From contig NC_087245.1 in assembly GCF_037042905.1 (NCBI RefSeq), positions 41,604,001 to 41,668,000 of the forward strand: a stretch of DNA of 64,000 nucleotides. The letters are read 5' to 3'. The notes beneath the pieces are model-generated. The model was given only the letters and a program-made list of their open reading frames with translations, was not told the DNA's origin and did not search any database. The translations under genes were made by a program, and so were the position numbers. Every line of letters begins with the position of its first letter. Positions within the stretch are counted from its first letter, which is position 1. Below are positions 38,301-51,831 of the stretch, piece by piece. Source of the stretch: Lytechinus pictus. Taxonomy: Eukaryota.

Positions 38301-39975
38301 AATAGCGAACTAGTTCGCTACAATTCCCCCTCGTATATATATATATAGAGGAGATCTGGAAATAGCGAACTAGTTCGCTACAATTTGACACGTCGTATAT
38401 TATAGACTAATACAAGGAGATGGCTACAAATTTCGACGCTTATATATAAGCGTTGAAGATCGCTATATTTGCCATCTATAAAATACCGCATGCATCTGCT
38501 GCAAGATCCTAGAGCACATTGTATTGAGCCACATGTCAAAATACTTGGAAAAGAATAGCATCATCAACCCAAACCAACATGGATTTAGGAAGGGACTGTC
38601 ATGTGAAACGCAACTTGTTGAGGCCATCAATGACTGGGCATACAACATCGACCAGCAATGTCAGACAGACGCCTTCTTTCTCGACTTTAGTAAGGCCTTC
38701 GATAAGGTATCACACAGGAAGCTGCTCTACAAATTGGAGTATTATGGCATTACTGGTCAAATGCATGGATGGATCAAAGCTTTTCTATCAGGCAGATCTC
38801 AGTCAGTTCACGTTGATGGAACATCCTCACCACGAGCCAGTGTACTCTCAGGCGTGCCGCAAGGCTCAGTACTCGGGCCTGTGTTATTCCTGTTGTACAT
38901 CAATGACATCTGTGAATGCATCTTATCACCAATCAGACTTTTTGCTGATGACTGTGTGCTGTATCGCAAGGTCGAGACAAGAGCTGACCATGCAATTCTC
39001 CAGCGAGATCTTTCAACATTATCAGATTGGGCAAAACTGTGGGATATGTCCTTCAATGTCAAGAAGTGTGCCCACATGTGTATCTCATTGAAACGACAAC
39101 CCTTGGCTTGCAACTTTACCATCAGTGACCAACCTATTCCAACGGCAACCTCCTGTAAATACCTTGGTGTGACCATCACAGACAACCTGAGTTGAAACTC
39201 CCATGCACAGAAGATATCCTCCAAAGCTGCTTGTACTCTTGGAATCATACGTCGAGCATTGGGTAAATGTGACCTGAAAGTGAGAAACATTGTGTACAAG
39301 CAACTTGTCAGACCTCAACTTGAGTATGCTTCATGTGCATGGAATCCTCACATACAGAAAGATGTAAACATTATTGAAAACATTCAGCATCAGGGTGCTA
39401 GGTTTGTCCTTCACGACTATTGCAGAGAATCCAGTGTAACATCGATGTTGTCAACTCTTCACTGGGATACTCTCCAACACAGACGCCTTCTTAGCCAATG
39501 TGAGATGTTCTACAAAATTCATCACAATTTTGTTTACATCAACATGCCACATCAGATTAAGTTAAGCGGCAATTCTCGTCCACAACGTTCACAACACACT
39601 GGACATCAGCTCAAGTACACCCAACCTTTTTGTAGAGTGAACTGCTACATGTACAGTATGTTCCCAAGAACCATCCGTATTTGGAATACTCTCCCAAACG
39701 CTGCTGTAACTTCGACCTCTATAGCTGGCTTCCGGGGAGCAACATTGCCTATCATTCAGCAAATGTTGCCTCCCCCTCCCCTTAGGATGCTGTAAGAGGG
39801 ACACACACGCACCACCCCACACTGCACCTAGCACACTGTATACATGTATAGTGCACCAAGAATACCACCACAGGATCACCACATCACCTGAAGCACTGGC
39901 AGCCCCTGACACAGCACAACCCTCTCCAGGACAGCGTGTACGCTTTTTGGGAGAGTACTTCTTCAAGGTTCAAGA
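35385..39975 (+). mobile_element. Decayed CR1/L2-group LINE ORF2 in ADI1 intron 1, split by a 2.2-kb insertion
   Basis: ISDHD endonuclease end, KASGPDDIP, NYRPVSLTCI|CCKILEH across the insertion, LDFSKAFDKV, SGVPQGSVLGP, FADDC, YLGV. Premature TGA at 39193-39195 and frameshifts. Confidence 0.93.
36315..38488. mobile_element. Foldback-type DNA element composed of two opposed ~60-bp tandem arrays
   Basis: CATGCAT duplicated at 36308-36314 and 38489-38495. ~110-bp near-perfect terminal inverted repeats. Roughly 35 units each centred on the palindrome TAGCGAACTAGTTCGCTA, with orientation flipping near 37435. Confidence 0.9.
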
Positions 39976-40006
39976 TTACTAAATAGGTTCATTATTGCGG
40001 ACTGAA

Positions 40007-40135
40007 ATAATCGCTAGAGGGTATTCATTTGTCTCGCAATCTACTATGGTCAACGAACTTTTTGCGAGAGTGATCACGAATTTCCTTGTTGACCATAGTA
40101 GATTGCGAGACAAATGAATACCCTCTAGCGATTAT
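40007..40135. repeat. Inverted repeat, ~48-bp perfect arms
   Basis: ATAATCGCTAGAGGGTATTCATTTGTCTCGCAATCTACTATGGTCAAC and its reverse complement ~35 bp downstream. Confidence 0.8.
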
Positions 40136-40977
40136 GTCCATATTGTTATACTTATAGAAAAGTATGAAATTAAAGTGACTGTAACTCCTAAATTCCAAAA
40201 TTTGCTGGTTGTCGTTGCATTCAAGGATTTATTGCAGCCTCTAAAAAAAAAAATAGAATAGGGATTGTTCGTCACTGCAGTCACAGCTTCACACACACTG
40301 ACACAGAGCTAGAATGCGCTTGTATTTCAGGGGCTGCGGGGGGGGGGGGGGGGGGGGGCTTCAGCCCCCCCCACTTTTTTCCAAAACCATGTAAAAATGA
40401 CCATACGATTGATTTTTTGCATGGTCAGCCCCCCCCACTTTTGACTCGGCCTCCCCACTTTGAAAACCGTTCCGCAGCCCCTGTATTTTGCCATTGAAAT
40501 TGCATGCGCAATGGAGTGGTGCGTAACTTTAGGACCTGTGTAGCTCTAGGACCCCCTACCATACAGACCACTTGTTCCCTGCAACCATCCTGCCTGTGCC
40601 TGTGGGGAATCTACATAGATCTTTCATCTAGATCTACCCACTCAAGGTTCCAACTCTGGCATAGTGCACAGGAAAGAACAAGGCACAACGCCCACAAAAC
40701 TTCCATGGAATTTTTTATTATTTAAATCTAGACACTATCCTAGAGTCTAGATCATAAATTAGGCTGATTTAAAACAACGTGATTCCATCAATTATGTTTT
40801 CATTGTTTTGAGTTTTCTATCATATTTCCTTGTATCAATTGTTTTGTATTTCTTTGTTTGAGTTTTTCTTTCATATTTTCTTTTTTCAATTTTTATGTAT
40901 TTCTATGTTTTAATTTTCTTGCATCTTTTCTTCTATCAATTCTTAGATAATTACTAGATCTATTTTTTTACTCATTT

Positions 40978-41971
40978 TTGTCTCACCTGCATAGCAGAGT
41001 GAGACTATAGGCGCCGCTTTTCCGACGGCGACGGCGACGGCGGCGGCGGCGACGGCGGCGGCGGCGGCGACGGCGACGGCGGCGTCAACACCAAATCTTA
41101 ACCTGAGGTTAAGTTTTTGAAATGACAGCATAACTTAGAAAGTATATGGACCTAGTTCATGAAACTTGGCCATAAGGTTAATCAAGTATTACTGAACATC
41201 CTGCCTGAGTTTCATGTCACATGACCAAGGTCAAAGGTCATTTAGGGTCAATGAACTTAGACCATGTTGGGGGAATCAACATCAAAATCTTAACCTAAGG
41301 TTAAGTTTTTGAAATGTCATCATAACTTAGAAAATATATGGACCTAGTTCATGAAACTTATACATAAGGTTAATCAAGTATCACTGAACATCCTGCATGA
41401 GTTTCACATCACATGACCAAGGTCAAAGGTCATTTAGGGTCAATGAACTTTGGCCGAATTGGGGGTATCTGTTGAATTACCATCATAACTTTGAAAGTTT
41501 ATGGATCTGATTCATGAAACTTGGACATAATAGTAATCAAGTATTACTGAACATCCTGTGCAAGTTTCAGGTCACATGATCAAGGTCAAAGGTCATTTAG
41601 GGTCAATGAACTTTGGCCAAATTGGGGTATTTGTTGAATTACAGCCATAAATTTGAAAGTGTGTTGGTCTAGTTCATAAAACTTGGACATAATAGTAATC
41701 AAGTATCACTGAACATCCTGTGCGAGTTTCAGGTCACATGATCAAGGTCAAAGGTCATGTAAGGTCAAAGAACTTTGGCCACGTTGGGGGTATTTGTTGA
41801 ATTGCCATCATATCTCTATAAGTGTATTGGTCTAGTTCATAAAACGTGGAAATAAGAGTAACCAAGTATCACTGAACATCTTGTGCGAGTTATAGTAGTT
41901 TTCAAAATCAGCACTGCTGCTATATTGAATCGCGTGATGCAGGTGAGACGGCCAGAGGCATTCCACTTGTT
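40978..41971 (+). mobile_element. Helentron-associated (HINE/pearl-like) non-autonomous element
   Basis: Subterminal inverted repeats GTCTCACCTGCA / TGCAGGTGAGAC, a (GGC/GAC)n microsatellite near the 5' end, 4-5 tandem ~160-190-bp cores, inserted in T-rich DNA without a clear TSD. Confidence 0.7.
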
Positions 41972-43640
41972 CTTCATCTTTTCTTCTATCAATTAGTATG
42001 TATGGCCTATTTCTTTGTTTTTGATTTTCTTCATCTTTTCTTACTGTCGATTTTAATGTATTGCTTTGTTTTATTTTTCTTTCATCATATTTTCAATCAA
42101 TTATGTATTTCCTTGTTTTAATTCTTTCATCTTCTATCAATTCTCATGTATCATATTTTGTTCTCTCCTTCCATTTTCTTTATGATTTCTTATGTATTTC
42201 TATGTGTTTTAATTCTTCTTTCATCCTCTTTTCTTTCAAATCTATGTAGGCCTACATGTATTTATTTGTTTTATCTTTCTTTTCTTTTGTCAGTTTTGTG
42301 TGTTTATATGTTTAAACTCTTCTTTTATCTTTTGTTAGAGACGATTGATACTTGGATGTTTCTTGTCTCTGATTTTTCATCTTTTTTTGTTCTATTGATT
42401 ATTTTGTATTGTTTTAATCCTTTCTTTTTTCTATGAAATGTTATGTATTTCTTTGTTTTCTCCTTCCATTTTCTTTTCTATGATTTCCTATGTATTTTTT
42501 GGTTTCATTTGTTCTTTCATCTTCTTAATCAATTTTCTTATGTATTTCTTTGTTTATAATTATGTCTTACATGTCATCTTTTTTTCTTTGGTCAATGTCA
42601 GTCTAGGGAAAAAGCACGCACTGCACAACGATCGAGACCATGCGCTCAGATAAAGGACTTCTGTTTCCTTTGCCTCGTTTAAGCTGCAACCGTTTAGATC
42701 TACAGTACAACCGTGGATCACGCTGTGTAATCTCGCGATTGTGCTAGACTGGCAAGGGTGTATTTTCCATTGCAATTACCGCAGATTCCTGCCTTGTGCT
42801 GAGACCGTGTAGATCTAACAACTCGTCTAGAAAGACCTACGGTAATCTCCAGAGGCACTCCAGAATTTTGGCAGATCTAAACGGGGTATCAAATTTTCAA
42901 AGATTTCTCCACACAGGAAATCTAGGAAGGTTCATTCACCTGTCAAGTGCCCACACCAATTAAGTGCGCTAGGCAGCTAGTCAATGTAAACTTATCATGT
43001 TTCATCACAAGAGTATTGGAAGGCAGCAAGTCGTGAAATATGGATGGTGAACTGGGGGGAATTGAGGTCACTGAATCTATTTTTAGCACGCTAGAGTCTA
43101 TATCCCCATAATTGCTGTCCATGTCCCGCAGGGGTTTACAAGTGAACATGCTCAAAACATTTTTGCTTGTGAGTGGCGGGCAATCACTGCAACTCACCCG
43201 CAAGGCTTGCACGGAACAATGTTACATAGCCTTTTATAGAAGATGGTAGGCGCTTGTACCATTTTAGCTTGTATGATTTCTGAGGGTGATAAATCCTTGT
43301 GGTTACAAGCTGCCCTTTTTGGCTTTCAGTGTCATTTTGCTGGGTGATGATTGCCCTGGTGGGTGTTCCATAAAAAGCTATTTGTAAGTTAAGAGCAACT
43401 TTAAGAACGACTGGTGATCCTTTCTTCTGGTAAATGATATTCACCATTAAATGTTCATTGGAGATTAAGTATTGCGTAAGAAAGTATCACCAGTCGTTCT
43501 TTAAGTCGCTCTTAACTTACGAACAGCTTTATGAAACGACCCCCAGGATATAGTCTTCCTACAAGGAAACTTTGATTTTCTATGTATAGGGTATAAGACC
43601 TTAGAGATTTCTAAACTTCTCCTCTGATCTTTTTTAATAG

Positions 43641-43760
43641 GTAAATCCAGATGACTATCGGAATGATGCAACATACAACAAGGTCAGGAAGGATCGTGGC
43701 TATTCCTATGAAGATGAGATCACCATCACAAAAGAGGGGCTTCCCAATTACGAGGAAAAG
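43641..43760 (+). CDS. ADI1: ADI1 exon 2
   Basis: aatAG|VNPDDYRNDATYNKVRKDRGYSYEDEITITKEGLPNYEEK|GTATT; phase 0-0. Confidence 0.95.
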
Positions 43761-44437
43761 GTATTAAACATTTAAAAGAAAGTTTAGTATATAAGTGAGC
43801 CTTGAAGCCTTTGGACGTACCTCAGAGTTTCCCTGAAAGCTCTAGTATGCTCTGAAAGTATGCTTGAAGGCTTTTGTTGATAAATGTAAATATGAACTAA
43901 ATGTTCTTTACAGTCTCTGACCATAAGCAGAATTGAAAATTGACAAATAATGTTCCAATAGAATGCTTGTCAGAAAAAATGAGCCCCAAAGCCTGTATAT
44001 ATATTTTTGGTGTTTGTGCTTTGTTTCAAATTTTTTTCTTTAAAAAATCTAAAAGAAATAAAAGATCTGAATTAAATCACATAAATCTGATTTATCCATT
44101 AAAAAATGCCAACCCTGGTAAAACAATAGTTATTCTTCTCGAGACTGAAAAATGCTATTGGTATGCTTTTTTTTAAAAGAAGATTAATACAGAATTATTA
44201 TTTAGATGAATGTTACATTTGGTATAATTTGATTTGTGATTTCACTCTTGTAAACATGCAAGTTTTGCCCATTGGGGCAAAAATGTGGGGGAAAAAGAAA
44301 GAAAAGCTTTTGGCATTTGACTTGCATAAATTGTCTTTCATTTTCAACTCTAGATTTGGGATTCAGGACTTGAAGGGAGTGTATTAATTTGGTGGTAGAA
44401 CTCTCTTTCTCAATATTTCTCTTTCACTTTTGAACAG

Positions 44438-44617
44438 ATCAAGAGTTTCTTTGAAGAGCATCTTCATCTGGATGAAGAAATTCGATTTTGCCTCGATGGG
44501 AGCGGGTACTTTGACTTTCGAGACTTCAAGGAACGCTGGGTCCGCATGAAGTTCACCAAGGGAACATTCTTTGTTCTTCCAGCTGGCATCTACCATCGCT
44601 TCACCTTGGACACCAAT
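44438..44617 (+). CDS. ADI1: ADI1 exon 3 (cupin metal-binding motifs)
   Basis: ac[31 protein letters not shown]...[24 protein letters not shown] and YHRF ligands intact. Confidence 0.97.
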
Positions 44618-44924
44618 GTAAGTTGTCAGCATCAAGAACAAGTAGTTAGTGGGGATGGGGTGGGGTGTTGAGAAAGGCCCTAACAGGCCTGACACTGGAT
44701 ATTTCACCGTAGTCGTAATATAATGAGGATGATGATTCTGAAAATAACAATAACGGTGATGCTGCTGCTGATGATAGTGATGATGGTGATGATGGTGATG
44801 ATCGTGATGATATGGTGATATACAAAATATTTCCTATGTATATACCAGCTTGGCATTTGCCAGCAAACAGCTGGCCTCCCGAGTTCATACAGGAGTAATA
44901 CCATAATAGAAACAGAAACATGAA

Positions 44925-45250
44925 GATGATGGTGGTGATGATGGTGGTGATGGTGATGATGATGGTGGTGATGATGATGGTGATGATGGTGGTGATGGTG
45001 ATGATGGTGAGGATGATCATGATGATTATAATGATGTTGGTAATAACAGTCATAATCATATTTCAAAATTACAATGAAGTCTCTTAATAGTAAAGTTATC
45101 ATCATCCCTTCTTTTTTGCCAATCCATTATTCAAGGAATTGATGGTGAGGATGATCATGATGATGATAATGATGTCGGTAATGACAGTCATAATCATATT
45201 TCAAAATTACAATGAAGTCTCTTAATAGCAAAGTTATCATCATCCCTTCT
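44925..45250. repeat. (GAT/GGT)n microsatellite followed by a ~110-bp tandem duplication
   Basis: Run at 44925-45030; 45002-45110 is repeated at 45140-45250. Confidence 0.8.
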
Positions 45251-45654
45251 ACGGCCCCAGATTGCCAATCCAGTTTTAAAGGAATATTTTTGATCTGATT
45301 CAGTCGTACAGAATGATGAGCAAATAGCCCTAAATAATGTAGGTTTATTTCTATAATCGTGAACAGGAGTCTCCATAGCTTTTCACAGAGCCCAGAGCGA
45401 TCTCTTTTCCATGAAGTTCAGGACAGACTCGCCTTCATTTTTGAAGCAAGTCTGATCCCAAAATCCATTGCACTACTTTATACATTTTACACATCTTAGT
45501 AGATTTATATGGGGTCTGTTCTACCATATTGCAATGCCAAGACTCACAGCATATCATGAAATTACTTCAATATAAGAACAAACCCAATTAAATTTGGCAT
45601 CAACATACAAGTATATCAATATCATTATTTTAATGTTGCCATTCTAATACGCAG

Positions 45655-45780
45655 AATTACGTGAAGGCGAAGCGTTTGTTCGTTGGTGAACCTGTTTGGA
45701 CGCCTTACAACCGCCCGGCAGATGATAAAGCCCAGAGAGCTGCGTACCTGGAATCCATCAAGGGCCTCGCTGAAGATTAG
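45655..45780 (+). CDS. ADI1: ADI1 exon 4 (stop)
   Basis: gc[43 protein letters not shown]; total 183 aa. Confidence 0.95.
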   Translation, partial: NYVKAKRLFVGEPVWTPYNRPADDKAQRAAYLESIKGLAED

Positions 45781-46744
45781 TTCTTTGAACGCGTACTCCT
45801 CGCTTTGATCATGAAATTAACAAGGGTGTAATAATTGCAGGGTAATATTTGGTAATTGTGTACTAATTTTCACTTTTGTATGACTTATATCAAGAAATTT
45901 ACTCTTCTTAAAGATAAATACATACCAGTTGTGGTAACGATCTCAAAATGAGTTTGAACAGAATCCAATGAAATTACCACCAAAGTGTTTGTATGTATAA
46001 ATAAAAGATATGTGCCAAGTAGCTCTGGAAGAAAATGTGTAATTGCTGAGAAATGAGCAAAATAAGCACGGAATTCCATCAAATATCAGGTATTTTTCAA
46101 AGCAATATTAATACACTATCTCACATATGCTTTTCTGTGTTAGTGATCACCAGAATTATCGATTTTGAGCTAAGATTTCATGATTTTACAAAGATAAGTT
46201 TACATTAATGTACCAGATCTAGATGTATGATAATGACAATCTTAATTAAAAAGACTTTTCTCATGAAATAATTGTTTGCTGCAGCTACTGTGTTTTACCT
46301 TTAAGCTGGTGAATTGATGTTTGAAATTATTCCTTGTCATTAAACTACATATAGTCTTTTACTTTATCTACCTGTTCTAGATATTAAAGGGGTGAATTGA
46401 ATATCTTGAATATTTCAGAATATTAAAAGAAGAAAAGTTGCTTTTGCTTTGGACTGAAGGGGGCATATACAGAATCTCTGCTGAACTTTTTAGATGAAAA
46501 ATCGAAGTTATAAATTATATAAAAGGCAAATTAGGCGTGAATAAAAGTTTACCTTACGTGCCTGAAAGCACCCAGCAGGTAGGCCCCATGGGTGACCAAA
46601 CACATCAGCATATGAGATACAGAGTCCATGCCTGCTTGAAGAATTCTTAAATGCTATAATGGCAACCTTATTGTGACATCGTGGAATTTGTGATGAGTAC
46701 AGTATGTACTGAGCACTTGGTTTATAATTATAAACTGGTACGTC

Positions 46745-47183
46745 AAAATATCAACACATCTCACCAATTCTCCAAAAGTTACATTGGTTGCCAATCCGGA
46801 AGCGTATAGAATTTAAAATACTTCTTCTCACTTGGAAAGTGTTAAATGGTTTGGCACCAAAATATCTACAAGACCTTGTCACGCCTTATGCACCAGCTCG
46901 TAGCCTGAGATCATCACACCAGCAACTTCTTAAGACTCCCAAGACACGTGTAGCATATGGTGCACAAGCTTTCTCTGCCTCAGCACCTTCTCTTTGGAAT
47001 AATTTGCCATTAAATTTAAGAATTATACAATCACTGGAGACCTTCAAATCCAAACTGAAGTTTTATCTTTTCTAACAGTATTAGTTATTGGCACTTTGAC
47101 ACTCATCCAAACTTTCTCATTCTTTCTTTTCTTGTGCGCCTCGGAATAGAATATTTCTAGATAGATGGCGCTATATAAATGCC

Positions 47184-47228
<45 letters not shown>
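46745..47228 (+). mobile_element. L2-type LINE 3' fragment with (ATT)n tail
   Basis: LHWLPIRKRIEFKILLLTWKVLNGLAPKYL...AFSASAPSLWNNLP...FKSKLKFYLF, followed by GCGCTATATAAAT and (ATT)n. Confidence 0.88.
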
Positions 47229-47229
<1 letters not shown>

Positions 47230-47403
47230 AAGCTCTTTCCATTTTATTGCGTTTATGATTGAATTACCAGCTAAGTCATTAATTTTACTTTGAATCCTTC
47301 ACAATGTTGAATACAAACTACTCTCAAAAAGAGTATTGGGTTGGATGGAAAAAGGCATTTGAATGAAATACTGTACATATTGAATGTAGACCTCAAAGGT
47401 TAA

Positions 47404-47968
47404 AGGGATGGTCCGGGCTGGATATATTTATATCTCAATAAATAGAGTAAATTTCACAAAGCAAAATGCTGAAAATTTGATCAAAATCGGATAACAAATA
47501 AATTTATTGAATTTTAAAGATTTGCATTATTCCGGTGAAACAGTCTAGGCATGTCTTTATGAATATTCATTAGGTGGGCTGATGATGTCATATCCCCACT
47601 TGTTCTTTTGTATTTTATTATATGAAATTAGGTTTATTTAAAAAGAAATTACCAAAAACTAAACAATTGGATTGACAACTGATTAGTGCATTAGTTATTT
47701 ATTGCCACAACTTATTTCATTATAATGGAGACACCTTTATGATTTCATGTAATAACATAAGAAAAAGGAAAGTAGAGATGTGACATCAGCCCACCTAATG
47801 AATATTCATGATGATGTGCATATAGCTATTTTCACAAAATATTGATAAACTTTAAAATTCAGTAACTTTGTTATTTGTTATCCAATTTTGATGAAATTTT
47901 CAGCATTTTGCTCTGTGAATTTTACTCTATTTATTTGGATATAAATATTTTCAGCCCGGACTATCCCT
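47404..47968. mobile_element. TTAA-type palindromic MITE
   Basis: TTAA|AGGGATGGTCCGGGCTG...CAGCCCGGACTATCCCT; related to the 8295 family. Confidence 0.75.
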
Positions 47969-48707
47969 TCAAGTTTATACCCTGTTTTTTAAATAAACAA
48001 TGCATCAGATCAAGAGATGTTTTGGGAAATGTTAGGATACATATTAAAACAGCATTGAAGCTGTTGAATTTGCATTCAGAATCCAGCGCACAAATGATAT
48101 GAAGCAATATATTACAAGGTGGAAGTAAATAGTGGCTTGAAAATAGCAGGCGCTGATTTACTGGTGAAGTTATACATGTATTTGATGATCAGGACTGAAG
48201 ATTTAACATTCCTGATTAGATGTGTTCATTGTGAATTATATCATTTTATTTGCTAGGAGCAAGCATTTTCCATTTGTTTGTTATGTTTTAAATCTTATAA
48301 GAAATGGGTGATTTAGAAGTCAAAATCTCAAAATTTATTTGCTCCTTAGTACTAAAATTTTGAAATATATGTATGAAGCATTTGTGTATGATCTCAAAGT
48401 GAGCAACTTCAAAGATTCACTTGGTCATTTTAAAAGTGAGTGTATTTCATCCAGAATGATAACATCCCTGAAATATTCTATGTACGGTAACTTTGTTTTC
48501 AGATTATTCAAACCATCATCATCATGGTCGATAGCCTGTGTGGTAGTTTTCAATTGATTGTAATGCAAGTATCAATTGTATTTGAATCTCTTTATGTATC
48601 TCAATGTTTTAAATGTGAATTTAAGTCCTAGTTGTGGACGAGAGTATAATGCATCGCTGCAATGTCGGGTGGTGTGAGGGATTTCTCACTCACAATCACA
48701 TTTTCAT

Positions 48708-49206
48708 TCGGTTACACTTCGTAATTCCGAAACACGCAAATTGCCTATACCTCGATGTTCGTTAATCCGAAAACGTAAAAGGGTTCGTTAATCTGAACAT
48801 TTGTGGCGTTATTCCGAAGGTTCGTTATTCCGAAGGTTCGATAATCCGAAAACGAAATAAGGTTCGATGTTCCGAAGGTTCGTTAATCCGAAAATGAAAT
48901 AAGGTTCGATGTTCCGAAGGTTCGTTAATCCGAAAATGAAATAAGGTTCGTTAGTCCGAAAACGAAATAAGGTTAGTTAATCATTTAGTTTTCGGACTTA
49001 CGAACCTTCGGAATTACGAACCTCATTTCTTTTTCGGATTAACGAACCTTCGGAATTACGAATCTCACTTCGTTTTCGGACTAACGAACCTTCGGAATTA
49101 CGAACCTCATTTCGTTTTCAGACTAACGAACCTTCGGAATTACGAACCTTCGGAAATACGAACCTTCGGAATAACGAACTTTCGGAATAACGAAGCTTCG
49201 GAATTA
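48708..49206. repeat. Mirror-image minisatellite (TTCGTTAATCCGAA units), foldback remnant
   Basis: Units GGTTCGTTAATCCGAA to ~48975, then the reverse complement TTCGGAATTACGAACC to 49206. Confidence 0.8.
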
Positions 49207-50642
49207 GTATGCGTTTTCATTCAACTATCGAACACGAATAAAATCTATAAGAAAGCAAATTTATATGAAAGTCATATGGATGAAGTAATTTTTAAAGCAG
49301 ATTTGTAATTCAATTCATATAGTTGAATTTTAACATTGGGTTGAGAAGTCTAAGTCCAAAGTTGATTCTGTTATAACCACCCCTGTATTTGTATCCAGTA
49401 CCATTAAGTATCATGTGTTCATCAAGAAGACTGCTTGTTCCAAATGTATTAGTTAAGGTACATGTACTGCATTTAGATATATCATGTTATATACCAGTAT
49501 TCATTATTTGGGAAAAGGAAAGTTTTGCATATTTCATATTCTATTATTATTGCCATTGAAAAAAAGTTTTTATTGCATTTAACTACAATGTATTACATTT
49601 TTGCAGGTACCATTATCATTTAGTACATTATATTCGTTGTACAAGGAGGTGAAGGTTTTCATATTTTTCCGCTCTTTATCTAAATAAGCAATAATTACTT
49701 TAGGTAAAGCTCTTGTTTGAACATGAATATTACTGTTTATTTCAAATTACTTGAGAATTGTGACTAACATAGCCTCGATTCATCTACAAACAAATTTGAA
49801 ATATTGCCATTGATTTGTAGTTTTATTACAATTATTTTTATTTTGCAAGTGTGATGTACTCCTGACTGCTGAAATACATGTTCGTAATTAAGGAAAATAC
49901 CTTTCAGAGTTTGAATTATAAGGTGTATCTGCATGGAATTATACAACTCAATGTGCAAAAAAAAATTATAAGAAAAAACTTATTTTATATCAATTATTAT
50001 TTTTATGTATTACATTTTTTCCAATCATGTTGAAGTAAAGGAAAGTTACATCTGTGCTACTAAGTAGTTGGATGTATTTATTTTTATTACATTTTTATAC
50101 AGATATTCTTGCATTATAAATACACCATGTTGTAAACTTTAGGTACATTCTTTAAAAAAAAAATCATATATACCCCTCTTATGATTGTGGGATGAAATTG
50201 AAAATGTCAACATATGTAATGACTTGTTTTCTGAGACAACTGGCTGAAAGATGAAGTTGAATGCATGGATCAAACATTTTATAGTCATTGTGGTAGAACA
50301 TTTACAATATATATATTTTCTTTTCAACAAAGACTAACATGAGCTTGGTATTATATTTACTGCCATCATCAAGTGAAAGCTAGTTTTTAATGTCAGTTTT
50401 GACTATGATTGGACTTGTGATTCAGGGAAAATAAATAAAATCATTTATCTGTATTACAATTGTTTTGTATCATACTTGTGATAATACATAGTGAGTGCAT
50501 GTAGTGAATACAGATAATTTTGCATGGTTGTGTTGGTGATGTTTATTCTTTTTAACCAAATTTTTTTAGCCGGATGAGCACGATAGTATTGATGTGTTAG
50601 TTACTTTAATAGTCCGTGAACAAGGACCTGTGAAAAATGGGT

Positions 50643-51831
50643 TTGTACAACCCACTCCACAGAAAATGTTTGACACCATAGGTAGTTAGTATGGACCCAC
50701 TAGATCACTGCTAGGTAGGTAGTTGTCTCAAATTGTGGTATCACCTTTTTTCTATTTAAAGAGCGATGTAAAAGAGCAAAAAAAATAGCAATAATCTTTA
50801 AGGGGAAGGTGAAATGTAAGTTGCCATATCTCCGCTTATATATGTCATAAATACATCATTCATGTATCAAAATGTTGCTGGGTGACAGCACGTTGCAGCA
50901 ACATCTAAAAGTGAACTTTTGATATCGAACCTTCAAAATAGGAATTCCCTAATGGCCAGTGTCCTTTTTCATCTCAAGTAGATATGAAAAAATTGTGACG
51001 ATAAATTGATTTTTTGTGTTTAAATATGTGGCAATTTATAAAAATGTAGTTTTATTAAATATGTATGTGTACGATAAAAAGAATTTACAATTTTAAGAAA
51101 AAGAAATTGAGTTTGAAAAAAGAAAATGGAATATGGTTAGGAACTTGGGATCAGATTATATCGCCAGTAAACAAATTCTAATTGATTCATTCAGCGTTGG
51201 ATCTCAAACTCACGGTATTACAAGAATGTAAATTGTAGCCCATATATGGTAGTTAAAACATATCTGAAATGTATAAAAGTATTGCCAAAATCTCCATTTT
51301 GTTATGAATAACGCATATTTAATTCCACTGTATTGATATAGAGCGCCTCATGTTTAACACAACATCACTTTATCGTATCATTTTTTTAATATCTACTTGA
51401 GATGGAAGTGGATATAATAATATACCAAGTATATATCAGCGCCTTGAGCACATAATTAATGTGGATTTGGCGCTTTATAAATACTCTTTATTATTATTAT
51501 TATATTGGCCATGAGTGTAATTCTATTTTGAAGGTTTGATATCTAAGTTTCACTTTTAAATGTTACTGTAACGTGAGAGCTGTCATCCTGCAACAGTTTG
51601 ATACATCAACGGCGTATTTTACAAGCGGAGATATGGCAACTTACATTTCATCTTACCCTTCTAGGTTATTGATTTTTTCATTTTTTTTGCTCTTTTACAC
51701 CGTTCTTTAAATTTTACTTAAAAAAAAAGTGATACCACAATTTGGGACTACTACCTACCTAGTAGTGATCTAGAGGGTCTATACTAACTTCCTTTGGTGT
51801 CAAACCTTTTCTGTGGTGTGGGTTGTACGAA
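50643..51831. mobile_element. Old MITE with ~350-bp degenerate inverted arms
   Basis: TTGTACAACCCACTCCACAGAAAA..TTTGACACCA mirrored by TGGTGTCAAA..TTTTCTGTGGTGTGGGTTGTAC; internal arms also mirror. Confidence 0.7.

Noticed and set aside
36420..38385. CRISPR-like array (palindromic repeat with regular spacing)
   Set aside because: Intervening sequences are near-identical rather than unique spacers, orientation flips midway, TIRs and a TSD bound it, there are no cas genes, and the context is eukaryotic.
42943..43447. Minus-strand ORFs in ADI1 intron 1
   Set aside because: No recognisable domain or consistent splice structure; partly overlaps a short inverted-repeat MITE.
44384..44707. 107-aa minus-strand ORF
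   Set aside because: Antisense shadow of ADI1 exon 3.
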